Source: an uncultured Thermotogae bacterium | GTDB taxonomy: Bacteria; Bipolaricaulota; Bipolaricaulia; UBA7950; UBA9294 | NCBI GenBank assembly: GCA_964582975.1 | Contig: CAZOUO010000001.1 | Location: 1-59,069, forward strand | Length of the DNA: 59,069 bases | Reading direction: 5' to 3' | Part shown: positions 17,046 to 24,923 of the stretch, in pieces | How the letters are laid out: every line of letters starts with the position of its first letter | Numbering within the stretch: the stretch's first letter is position 1 | Notes under the pieces: model-generated | What the model was told of the DNA's origin: nothing | Databases searched by the model: none | The model's input: only the letters and a program-made list of their open reading frames with translations | Program-made: the position numbers and the translations under genes

Positions 17046-17150
17046 TGTCGGCCTCCTCTCTTAAGAAATCGGGGGGAATCCAATTTCGCGTATTTCATCG
17101 TAAATTTGCGATTTTTTAGCGCAAAAAAAGACCTCCCCGATATCGTCCCG

Positions 17151-17471
17151 TCAAAATCTCTCATTGCACACCTCGCATTCCGATGCCAGATCAGCAATTT
17201 GCTTGCGCAGCCACCGCAGCGCCTCGGCATTCAGGGTGCAACACCGCGACGTCCCGGAATGCTCACCGTGTATCAGGCCCGCCTCCTGCAGCACTTTGAG
17301 GTGCTGCGAGACAGTGGACTGGGCAAGTGGTGTCTGCTCGACAACATCCCCAACGGCACGTTGCGGGTATCGCGACAAGAATCGGAACATCTTGAATCGA
17401 GCAGGATTGCCTAGCGCACTGAGCATCTTTACCAGCCGCTTCTCGGTGTCTGTAAGAGCGATCTGTTTCAT
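17151..17471 (-). CDS. ArsR/SmtB family metalloregulatory transcriptional repressor
   Basis: 106 aa. The winged-HTH region is VGDVVEQTPLAQSTVSQHLKVLQEAGLI. Cys residues occur at CC (SRCCTL) and in the C-terminal CEVC. Confidence 0.85.
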   Translation of the reverse strand: MKQIALTDTEKRLVKMLSALGNPARFKMFRFLSRYPQRAVGDVVEQTPLAQSTVSQHLKVLQEAGLIHGEHSGTSRCCTLNAEALRWLRKQIADLASECEVCNERF

Positions 17472-17476
17472 CCTCG

Positions 17477-18619
17477 TTACCTCTTTATCGTGATTTTACG
17501 ATAAAGGTCGCCTCTTGTCAAGACACACTGCTTAAGAGTACGGAAGACTCTCCACGCGCCAGAGCCGACTCCCCTTGACTGACCCTGCCACTCCGACATT
17601 ACCAGGACACCAGCGCCCTGGATCTCGCCTGCCCGCAGGCGATTCAACGCCTCGTTTGCTTCTTCCAAAGAGAACTTCTGCACCTCGGTTCTGACGGGCA
17701 CTTTCGGTGCGATCTTGAGGAACTCCTCACCGTCTTGGCGCGTCAGGTTCGCCACCGAGCGAATGATTCGCTCCTCCCACAACAAGCGATAGGGGAAGGA
17801 AGGAATGTCGCTCATGTGGATCCCGGCGCAGACGACCGTGCCGCCTTTGACCGTCGCTTTGAGCGCCTCCACGACGAGTGGGCCGACCGGGGCAAAAATG
17901 ATCGCCGCATCGAGCTTTTCTGGAGGCTGCTTCGTCGAGTCATCCGCCCACACGGCCCCCAGCCGGCGGGCAAATGCCTGGCCCTCCGTATCGCCGGGTC
18001 GGGTGAACGCATAGAGGCGCTTTCCCTCATAGACCGCCACCTGGGCGATGATGTGCGCCGCCGCACCGAATCCATACAGTCCGAGACTCTCCACGTTCTC
18101 CCCCGCCAGCCGGTACGAACGGTATCCAATCAGGCCGGCGCACAACAACGGCGCCGCTTCTGCGGCATCATAGGATGAGGGCAGTTGGAAACAATAGCGC
18201 TCGTCCGCCACGGTGTATTCCGCATAGCCGCCATCGATCGTGTAGCCCGTGAATCTCGGATGCTCGCAGAGATTCTCTTGCCTGCGCTGGCAGAAGCGGC
18301 AGGTGCCATCGGTGCACCCCAGCCAAGGAACTCCGATTCGGTCGCCCACCTGGAACTGCTTGACGTTCTCGCCGGTGCGAACGACTGTGCCCACAATCTC
18401 GTGCCCAGGAATGAGAGGAAGCTTCGGCTCTGTGAGCTCCCCATCTACGATATGAAGATCGGTACGGCACACCCCGCAGGCGTGAACCCGTAGAAGCACC
18501 TGGCCCGGACCCGGCTGTGGAACCGGCACATCCATGGCTTTGAGTGGCTGTTTTGGCGCCTCCAAGACCATCGCCCGCATTGTCTTTGGAATCGTCATGC
18601 TAACCCCTTTTGTGACCAA
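17477..18619 (-). CDS. Zinc-dependent alcohol dehydrogenase (MDR family, AdhP-like)
   Basis: Contains HACGVCRTDLH, GHEIVG and a structural-Zn Cys cluster (CTDGTCRFCQRRQENLC). The start is probably ATG 18598 (MTIPKTMRAMVL). An atypical ~40-aa C-terminal tail runs through the arsR promoter. Confidence 0.9.
   Translation of the reverse strand: MVTKGVSMTIPKTMRAMVLEAPKQPLKAMDVPVPQPGPGQVLLRVHACGVCRTDLHIVDGELTEPKLPLIPGHEIVGTVVRTGENVKQFQVGDRIGVPWLGCTDGTCRFCQRRQENLCEHPRFTGYTIDGGYAEYTVADERYCFQLPSSYDAAEAAPLLCAGLIGYRSYRLAGENVESLGLYGFGAAAHIIAQVAVYEGKRLYAFTRPGDTEGQAFARRLGAVWADDSTKQPPEKLDAAIIFAPVGPLVVEALKATVKGGTVVCAGIHMSDIPSFPYRLLWEERIIRSVANLTRQDGEEFLKIAPKVPVRTEVQKFSLEEANEALNRLRAGEIQGAGVLVMSEWQGQSRGVGSGAWRVFRTLKQCVLTRGDLYRKITIKR
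17483..17521 (-). promoter_or_regulatory. arsR promoter with overlapping perfect palindromic operator
   Basis: On the minus strand: TTGACA (17521-17516), a 17-nt spacer, then TAAAAT (17498-17493). A perfect inverted repeat CTTTATCGT-N6-ACGATAAAG (17483-17506) overlaps the -10. A related ATCGTAAATTTGCGAT lies at about 17095-17112 upstream of the permease gene. Confidence 0.5.
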
Positions 18620-18654
18620 GCCTCAGCCGTGATACAACCCAGAATCCAAGCCAT

Positions 18655-19005
18655 TTAGTCGCTCTCCTTACGCACTTCTTCCCGACCCGGTAGCTCGATC
18701 AACTTGAGCCGTAGAAGTTTCTTAGCGCGGAAGAAGACATCCTTTCGGTCTCCCTCTTTACGAATGCCCACTGCCACAATAATTACTCGATCCTTCTCGA
18801 CTCTATAGATCACCCGGTGTCGTGCAACAGACAGGCTTCGCAAGCCAGCAAGTTCATCTACCAAGGCTTTGCCTTGCTTCTTGGGATCCTGAGCCAGGCC
18901 TTCGATGCGCCGGTCGATGGTTTGGCGGATCCGTTTATTATCGGGAATTGCAGCAAGCATCGCACGCGCCTGCGGAGCAAGGAAAAGTAGATAGGAGGAA
19001 GCCAT
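18655..19005 (-). CDS. Type II toxin, RelE/ParE family
   Basis: 116 aa containing ...LSVARHRVIYRVEKDRVIIVAVGIRKEGD, which is typical of RelE/ParE. It begins 4 nt after the antitoxin gene. Confidence 0.75.
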   Translation of the reverse strand: MASSYLLFLAPQARAMLAAIPDNKRIRQTIDRRIEGLAQDPKKQGKALVDELAGLRSLSVARHRVIYRVEKDRVIIVAVGIRKEGDRKDVFFRAKKLLRLKLIELPGREEVRKESD

Positions 19006-19008
19006 TGC

Positions 19009-19281
19009 TCAAAGATCGCTCTTGATCTCATCCCAGGAGATGAGCTCTCCTTGTTCTATCTCCTTTAAACTTTTGCGCAAAGCGACCATGAGGTCCTCAT
19101 CGCCTAGGATGTCCAAGGTCTCGATCAATCCATCGTAAAGCTCCCAGGGCAAGACAGCCAAGACGGGCTTCCCGCGGCGTGTGATTGCTACTGCATCTGT
19201 GGCATCATCGGTCGCAAATTCTTCGGCAAGCCGGCTGAGTTCTGCCCGCGCCTGCGTAATCGGAATAGACTCCTTTACCAT
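19009..19281 (-). CDS. Type II antitoxin, Phd/YefM family
   Basis: Start ATG 19281 (GGAGGG upstream). The sequence MVKESIPITQARAELSRLAEEF...ITRRGKPVLAVLPWELYDGLIETLDIL matches Phd/YefM. Confidence 0.75.
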   Translation of the reverse strand: MVKESIPITQARAELSRLAEEFATDDATDAVAITRRGKPVLAVLPWELYDGLIETLDILGDEDLMVALRKSLKEIEQGELISWDEIKSDL

Positions 19282-19422
19282 CTTTGATCCCTCCGTTAAC
19301 CGTTCTTCTAAGTGTACAGTTAGAAGGACACACGTCAATAGGAGGCGATGATCTGCTTCGTTGGCCGGCCCGATAAACACTGCAAGCTAGAGTGCGAAGC
19401 TTTTCCAAAAACGAGTAGGGTG

Positions 19423-20535
19423 TCACCGATGATGACTGCTTACCAACTGCTCGAACTGTGGCATGTTGGAAAGGCCAAGAAGGTGGAGATTTCCCACGTT
19501 TACCATTTCCAAACCCGCTGCCTTGGCGGCGCGATAGCAGCGGATCGCCTGTTCGAGTGGTGTAGTCGGCAAATCGGCCATCACGAAGTCGCCGTGGAAG
19601 ATGAGCAGCGAGTAGGGAATACGCGGATCAAGATCGGCAATGAACTGGGCGATGTGGCTGACCTCTTCAGCATTGACGTAGCCGGGCACAAGGAGCGTGG
19701 TGGCCGTGAGAAGATGGTGGTTCGCCTGTTGGAGGTAGTCTTGGGCAATGAGGGTGAAGTTTTCATATGCTTGCCGATTAGAAACTCCGCATAGAGCAAG
19801 AGAGAGCTTTTCATTCCAGGCTTTGAGATCGAATTTGATGGTTCCAGCTGATGCTAACGAGAGTTTTGCAGCCTGTCGCACGAGGTTCTCGTTTCCGCAT
19901 CCGTTCCACTCCCAGCAAATGCGAAGGTCTCGCCCTTGCTTTTGCGCCTCCTCGAGCGAGGCCCAAGCAGCTTTCAGAGCAAACGGAAACTGCGGTTCCG
20001 GCGAGCCGCCGAAGTAGCAGACGCAGTGCACCTCAGGTCGAAGCGCACGCTTGGTGAACTCCACCAACGTGATCTTCTCTGCCTCTTTGAGATACTTGTG
20101 TTGAGCGTTCTGGCAGAACAAGCAGTCGAAGTTGCAGCCGTAGAAGAAGACGGCGAGATTGACTTCACGCCCGCAACTGGCCTTCTGGCACGGGGGGCAG
20201 AACCAGGCCGCGCAGCAATTGGTGGGGATCGAATCGTAGTAAGTATGGGCAAGGGCGTCATCCGGTCCCACGAGTTGGTGGAGTTTCCCATCGCGATTCT
20301 TGCGCAGGCCGCAGAAACCACGTCCTGCCTCAGGAATGGAGCAAGCATTGCTGCAAAGCTTGCAAGAAATTCCTTCCCCCGATGGGGGAACCGGTGGCAG
20401 ATTCAATGCCTCTCGGACCCGGCGATGCGGGGCGAGCAATCGTTCCGTGGGAGCATTCTTGACGCATGGATAGCAGAGGCCAATCTCGCTTGCGACAAGT
20501 CCTTCTCGTCCGCAAGCTTGACACTTTCCATTCAT
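19423..20535 (-). CDS. Radical SAM protein, PflA/COG1180 (AmmeMemoRadiSam-type) family with N-terminal Cys-rich extension
   Basis: Contains the CxxxCxxC motif GCNFDCLFCQN and the upstream auxiliary motif CKLCSNACSIPEAGRGFCGLRKNRDGKL. GGAGGC precedes the ATG. Confidence 0.8.
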   Translation of the reverse strand: MNGKCQACGREGLVASEIGLCYPCVKNAPTERLLAPHRRVREALNLPPVPPSGEGISCKLCSNACSIPEAGRGFCGLRKNRDGKLHQLVGPDDALAHTYYDSIPTNCCAAWFCPPCQKASCGREVNLAVFFYGCNFDCLFCQNAQHKYLKEAEKITLVEFTKRALRPEVHCVCYFGGSPEPQFPFALKAAWASLEEAQKQGRDLRICWEWNGCGNENLVRQAAKLSLASAGTIKFDLKAWNEKLSLALCGVSNRQAYENFTLIAQDYLQQANHHLLTATTLLVPGYVNAEEVSHIAQFIADLDPRIPYSLLIFHGDFVMADLPTTPLEQAIRCYRAAKAAGLEMVNVGNLHLLGLSNMPQFEQLVSSHHR

Positions 20536-20786
20536 GCCTCCAGGCTATTGCCAAAAAGAACACTGGGCAAGCCTCAGCACTGAATTTTTGTTTTACCGGC
20601 GCTGTAAAATCGCTTCAGGAAGTGTTTTTGGAGGAAATCTTCATTTCTATTCACGCCGTGAATGATGATCATTCAGCACATCTAGAACGTCGAAAGGATA
20701 GGCACCTGCGAAAGTGACGTCGCAAAATCCAGTCTTATCACTTATTGAGTATCAGAAAATACGTACTACGTCCCTGTATTTCGGTC

Positions 20787-21449
20787 TTACAAAACTACCT
20801 TCAAAAACCAGTAACCCTCGTGGTGCTCTTGACCTACGGTCTTGATCTCCATTTTGGAGGAAAAGATGGGGCCGTCCGTAACGACGGTATGGTACTCACC
20901 CAACTCTCCCGAGGGATCTATTCCGATTTCCTCCATCTCTGTTATTGTCTGAGCCTGTATGGTCTTTCCCAAGAAGTTCTTGTCCAGCTTTTGTTCATTG
21001 ATGACGACAATTTGAGCTCTGAATCCCAGATCAATGAATTCTTCCAGCAGTTGGCGCCGATCTCTTTCCCAGAGGGGATGAACCGGTACGATTCCCGTAG
21101 CACCACACACACGCCTAACCCATTCACGATGCGAGTCCACGTCAATATCCCCGAATACGCCCACTTCGATTCCAGCCTTCTTGAACTCCTGAAGGGCCGA
21201 AATGAATTCCGCTTCGTAGTGCTCCCATGAGGCTGAACGGAAAACCGGCTGCAAACCCAGACTCTTGGCCTGTTCCTCAATCAACGGTTTGGGCAGTGCG
21301 TGAGAGCGAGAGGTTACACCATCCTCCGATAGGATCGTAAGAAGGGAGTGAGGGATGCCGCCGTTTTGGATGGCGTGATACAGAGCAAGACACGAGTCCT
21401 TGCCGCCGCTCCATGAACAGAAAAAACGCTGCCCTTTGATCGATGTCAT
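20787..21449 (-). CDS. Dph6-related PP-loop ATP pyrophosphatase (ATP_bind_4 / MJ0570 family)
   Basis: Start ATG 21449. It has the PP-loop SWSGGKDS plus PLWERDRRQLLEEFIDLGF and GELGEYHTVVTDGPIF, all typical of the diphthine-ammonia-ligase-like family. GC looks lower than the backbone. Confidence 0.75.
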   Translation of the reverse strand: MTSIKGQRFFCSWSGGKDSCLALYHAIQNGGIPHSLLTILSEDGVTSRSHALPKPLIEEQAKSLGLQPVFRSASWEHYEAEFISALQEFKKAGIEVGVFGDIDVDSHREWVRRVCGATGIVPVHPLWERDRRQLLEEFIDLGFRAQIVVINEQKLDKNFLGKTIQAQTITEMEEIGIDPSGELGEYHTVVTDGPIFSSKMEIKTVGQEHHEGYWFLKVVL

Positions 21450-21604
21450 GAGTGTTTTTCTTTCCCTTCGCCCAACGGTCTTGAGCTCATCTGCAGCGGA
21501 TATCTCTGGGACTGTAAGTTGCATGAAATTGGGACGATGATTGAAACGCTACTTCACACAACCGTGTAGCTGTCAGATGCAGCGAGATGTTAGACGGACA
21601 ATTA

Positions 21605-22501
21605 TCACACACCAATATGCTGACATAGTACGTCGAACTCATCGGCAAAATATCCACGTAAAACAATATTCTTGCGATTAGCGCGAACCTCTGAAGACCA
21701 ATCTTCAAATTCTCGGGCAGATGATTCGCCACTACAGTAGACAATTCTGGCTTCAGTGTATGCCAATGGATTCCAGATATGCTCATCATGTGGCCGAACC
21801 TTAATTCCTATGAGCACAACTATCTTGGATTGTGATACTAGTTCAGACCATCTGGACCGCTGTCTTGAGATAAATGTAGCACCAGATGTCGTTTCTTTAT
21901 GGGGTTCGAAGTAACTCATTACAGGTGGAAATGCATCGCTTTGAATTCGGGCATGAAAGTCAGTAGGATCTGATATCGCAATTACAGGACTATCCGTCTT
22001 GACATTCATACCTGCAAATGAAACTACTCTTGAGTCTCCACGAGTTGATTCGCAGAACAAATGGCAACAACCATGGGGAAGGCATAACTCAATTGATCTT
22101 CCAGGATCTGTTTGAGTGCCAATAACTGGCCTCAAACGGGCAATACCTAGAGACAATTCCAGCAATCTCTCATAGTTAAGTGAGCATAAAGCTCCTTCCC
22201 ACCTAGCGGCTCTCAATCGATTGGCTAATCTAATGTAAAGGCTCTGCGGACCAGGAGTAAATCTATAGAAGTAAGCTGCCATCGCCCTTTGCAATGGCGG
22301 GAGGCTGTGAGGATGGTCACGAGATAGTTGAACCATACCAACCTCAAAATCTTCTCGAAATTGTTCGAGTAAATCATTGTCTATGGAGCCCCAGCCATTT
22401 GGATTGAAAACTCTTAGGTCTTCAAACAGGTGTTCTACTAGAGGTGGTGTGCCACTATCATCAGAGCCAAAACTTGCTCCTGCACCGAATAAAATTATCA
22501 T
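21605..22501 (-). CDS. Standalone SIR2-like (SIR2_2 family) protein, putative NAD-consuming enzyme
   Basis: The start is likely ATG 22501 (AGGGGA 7 nt upstream). MIILFGAGASFGS matches the lFlGAGxS motif, SLNYERLLE matches TNYDxLLE, and LPHG is a candidate catalytic His. IVVLIGIKVRPHDEHI resembles the C-terminal GySl.D motif. GC is about 45% in the lines I counted. Confidence 0.6.
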   Translation of the reverse strand: MIILFGAGASFGSDDSGTPPLVEHLFEDLRVFNPNGWGSIDNDLLEQFREDFEVGMVQLSRDHPHSLPPLQRAMAAYFYRFTPGPQSLYIRLANRLRAARWEGALCSLNYERLLELSLGIARLRPVIGTQTDPGRSIELCLPHGCCHLFCESTRGDSRVVSFAGMNVKTDSPVIAISDPTDFHARIQSDAFPPVMSYFEPHKETTSGATFISRQRSRWSELVSQSKIVVLIGIKVRPHDEHIWNPLAYTEARIVYCSGESSAREFEDWSSEVRANRKNIVLRGYFADEFDVLCQHIGV

Positions 22502-22858
22502 TATTAATCCCCTAAATAACTGGCCGTCTAACATTGTTTATGTCGATCCGTATAACACCCCAAATACAGTTGCGCTTGCCGTATAAGACGCCTGCAAATG
22601 AAGTATCGGTTTGCGCCTAAGCCCGGAAATACCAGGCTGTTGCGTCGAGGCAATGTTCTTATCATAGTGTCTTATACGGATCAGTATAAAACCCTCCATG
22701 TCCACCTCAGAGCACATCGACGGGGCTGCGAACTCCGGCGGCTCCAGCAGTTTCAGCATTGCGCCGAGAGCCGAACGGCGGGCTTGGCCTCCTCCACTCA
22801 GATTTCGAGCATCTGTCACAGCACGTCGGTTCTCCATGCATCTCTCTACTTTAGTGAT

Positions 22859-22887
22859 AGTATAGGATCTCCTTCCGCGTTGGTCAA
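22859..22887 (-). promoter_or_regulatory. Sigma70-type promoter directed toward the SIR2-like gene
   Basis: On the minus strand: TTGACC (22887-22882), a 17-nt spacer, then TATACT (22864-22859). Confidence 0.45.
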
Positions 22888-22975
22888 GAAGTTTTCCTTC
22901 CTGACACCACCACGACGCGAGTGGCATCAGTACAGCTTGACGAGTCCGCTTCGTTCTTCCTATGATGACCGTGTT

Positions 22976-23518
22976 ATGAAGTCCCTGCGTTTTGCCATCT
23001 GTATTCTGTTAGCGATGCTCATCGCTTGTTTGCCGGTTCTTGGAAATGATCTTCCACCTGACAAGGCGGAACTCGTGCGGGTTGGCATGACGCTCTTCGG
23101 AGCGGCCCTGGGTCTTGGGATCGGCCCCTTTTTGAATCCGAGCCCGGAAGGTACACCTTGGTCTGACTTGCTCCTTGTCAGCATTCCCGTTGCTGGTGCG
23201 GCGACAGCTACCGGGGCTTTGGCGGGGCGGTGGATTGCTGAGGTCACCCTGGCACAGGAACCTTCGCTTTGGCTCTCTCCAATTCTTGGTGTGGGGTTGG
23301 GCGCGGCGGGAACCGCCTTTGTTGGTGGTGTCAGCTTCTCACTCGCGGCTGCGATCGGCATACCCACGCTTGATGTCCCGGAGGGCTGGTGGGGATCGTT
23401 CAACTATCCCCAAGCTGTTGGGATGGGCTTTATCGCTGGCGCGGTTTGGGGAGGCCTGTTGGGCGTTCCCATCGGCGCGGTGACCGTACCGATTATCTCG
23501 GTGTACATGGGGTTCTAG
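22976..23518 (+). CDS. Gly/Ala-rich integral membrane protein (glycine-zipper-like), unknown function
   Basis: The start is likely ATG 22976: MKSLRFAICILLAMLIACLPVLG (signal/lipobox-like). Repeated GxxxG-rich hydrophobic segments follow. The upstream part of the 306-aa track ORF looks non-coding. Confidence 0.5.
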   Translation: MKSLRFAICILLAMLIACLPVLGNDLPPDKAELVRVGMTLFGAALGLGIGPFLNPSPEGTPWSDLLLVSIPVAGAATATGALAGRWIAEVTLAQEPSLWLSPILGVGLGAAGTAFVGGVSFSLAAAIGIPTLDVPEGWWGSFNYPQAVGMGFIAGAVWGGLLGVPIGAVTVPIISVYMGF

Positions 23519-23592
23519 AGAAGTTGGACAAACTCTTCAACCGTTAATCCGGCTTTACAGACGAGACTGCGTAGCGTGCCTCTCTTGAGCTG
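23515..23592 (-). pseudogene. 3'-terminal remnant of a hicA (YcfA/HicA toxin) gene
   Basis: In a different frame from hicB, the minus strand reads ...LPQLKRGTLRSLVCKAGLTVEEFVQLL-stop. This resembles the conserved C-terminus of HicA toxins (..GTLRsIlkqAGl..EEF..). There is no room for the N-terminal ~40 aa. Confidence 0.35.
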
Positions 23593-23812
23593 GGGTAGGG
23601 AGTTCCACCTCAACTTCGGTGATGAGCACCTGCTGGTTAGGATTAAGTTCATCACCCAGTTCCTGAAGGTAAGCCGCGATGGCCTCACGGATGTTGGCCA
23701 GCGCCTCTTCGTAGCTATCCCCTTGGGAGATGCAGCCGGGCAGGGCCGGGACTTCTACAGTGTAACCCCCCTCCTCTGCTTCCCGCAGCGTCACTAGATA
23801 CTTCATTCTCAT
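23555..23812 (-). CDS. HicB family antitoxin (UPF0150)
   Basis: MRMKYLVTLREAEEGGYTVEVPALPGCISQGDSYEEALANIREAIAAYLQ matches the canonical HicB N-terminal domain. The start is among ATGs 23815/23812/23806. Confidence 0.7.
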   Translation of the reverse strand: MRMKYLVTLREAEEGGYTVEVPALPGCISQGDSYEEALANIREAIAAYLQELGDELNPNQQVLITEVEVELPTPAQERHATQSRL

Positions 23813-23863
23813 CATCACTCCCTCTTCAAGGCTACAACTTTGGGATTCTGAAGACAAGGGCGC

Positions 23864-24847
23864 CTACTTCTCGAAGGTCTCGTACGCATCTATCAGGTCG
23901 AGGTAGACGCCGTTGAAACCAGCGGAAAGAATCTTGTCCAGGTACCCATAGATGATGGTTTGCCAATCCAGGTCCCAGTAGCGGACCTTGTAGTTGCCGG
24001 ACCAATTGTGGTTTTCATCCAGGAGCCAGGAGGGTGGATTGTCAAGCCATTGCGGCTGCCAATAGTACCGATAATCCTCGGCTTCGCCGATGCTCATGTA
24101 GGCGATCACCAGACGTGCGCCACCGTTCTCTTTGATCTTTAGTGAGGCAATCTCGGCGGGTGTGAGCGCCGAATCGTCGAAGAAGGCGTCGATGATGAGA
24201 AGGTCGTAATTCGTTTGGGCAAGAGCGGCCACGAAGGAGAAACGATCCGAAAACGCTCCGGGATTGATCAGGTAAAGGAAATTCTGCGTCTCAGAAAGAA
24301 AATGCACGTCCGAAGCATTTTCGTTGGTCGGCCGTTCGGGATAGCGTGGGATGTTATCCAACTCCCGATGATCGGCGGCGAACGATACATAGCCGCGCTT
24401 CTCACTTCTTGCATAGGAGTCATCGACAAACGGTTTACTCCAGCAGTAATCGGTCACCAGCACCTCGATCCCGTTTGCTTGCGCCAGATCGAGGAACGCG
24501 ATCATCCATTCTTGCTCCTTCTTTGGCGTGGGTACATTGTCGCTTTCATAGCCGTAGAACAGATCCTCTCGGCCGATCCCATCGATTGCCTCGAGATACT
24601 CTTGCGTTAACGGGCCATCAGGTAAGCCGGTTTCCGTCAGTAGCGCCTCGCCATTCTGTGGGATGACGATGAAGCCGGGATTGACGGCTTCGGCCGCTGC
24701 GCTAATTGCGCAGACGAACTTCCGCATGAGCTGTCGATAGTCAGGAGTGTTTTCTGCAAGCCCAACGCACCAGACCACCCCTGAAAGCACAAATGTCAGG
24801 AGGGATATAGTGGCGTTCTGAAAAGCCTTTCTGGCTTTTGGTTTCAT
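23864..24847 (-). CDS. MJ1477/TM1410-family putative glycoside hydrolase (GH114-like, endo-alpha-1,4-polygalactosaminidase-related)
   Basis: Start ATG 24847, with an N-terminal anchor/signal sequence. VIAYMSIGEAEDYRYYW and FNGVYLDLIDAY resemble the TIM-barrel motifs of this family. This is recognition from memory. Confidence 0.6.
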   Translation of the reverse strand: MKPKARKAFQNATISLLTFVLSGVVWCVGLAENTPDYRQLMRKFVCAISAAAEAVNPGFIVIPQNGEALLTETGLPDGPLTQEYLEAIDGIGREDLFYGYESDNVPTPKKEQEWMIAFLDLAQANGIEVLVTDYCWSKPFVDDSYARSEKRGYVSFAADHRELDNIPRYPERPTNENASDVHFLSETQNFLYLINPGAFSDRFSFVAALAQTNYDLLIIDAFFDDSALTPAEIASLKIKENGGARLVIAYMSIGEAEDYRYYWQPQWLDNPPSWLLDENHNWSGNYKVRYWDLDWQTIIYGYLDKILSAGFNGVYLDLIDAYETFEK

Positions 24848-24923
24848 ATAGCTCTCTTTTCTTTCCCACTTCGCCTTTGTTGCCATTCTACCCGCACCCA
24901 GTTTTCGGGTACACTTCACCCCC

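Noticed and set aside
21590-22534. 11-bp inverted repeat CCGTCTAACAT / ATGTTAGACGG that exactly brackets the SIR2-like ORF, seen as possible terminal inverted repeats.
   Set aside because: An 11-mer match within ~1 kb is expected roughly 10-30 times by chance in a 59-kb window. There is no transposase, and one copy is simply the unused upstream ATG region.
22545-22682. Retron msr/msd or MITE interpretation of the CCGTATAA inverted and direct repeats.
   Set aside because: There is no reverse transcriptase or transposase gene in the window. The repeat arms are short. A regulatory 5' UTR or operator explanation is simpler.
20572-22715. Imperfect direct repeat CCTCAGCAC (20572-20580) / CCTCAGAGCAC (22705-22715) at the apparent GC boundaries of the islet, seen as possible att-like target duplication.
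   Set aside because: It is short and gapped, has no integrase or tRNA nearby, and could easily arise by chance. It is kept only as a note.
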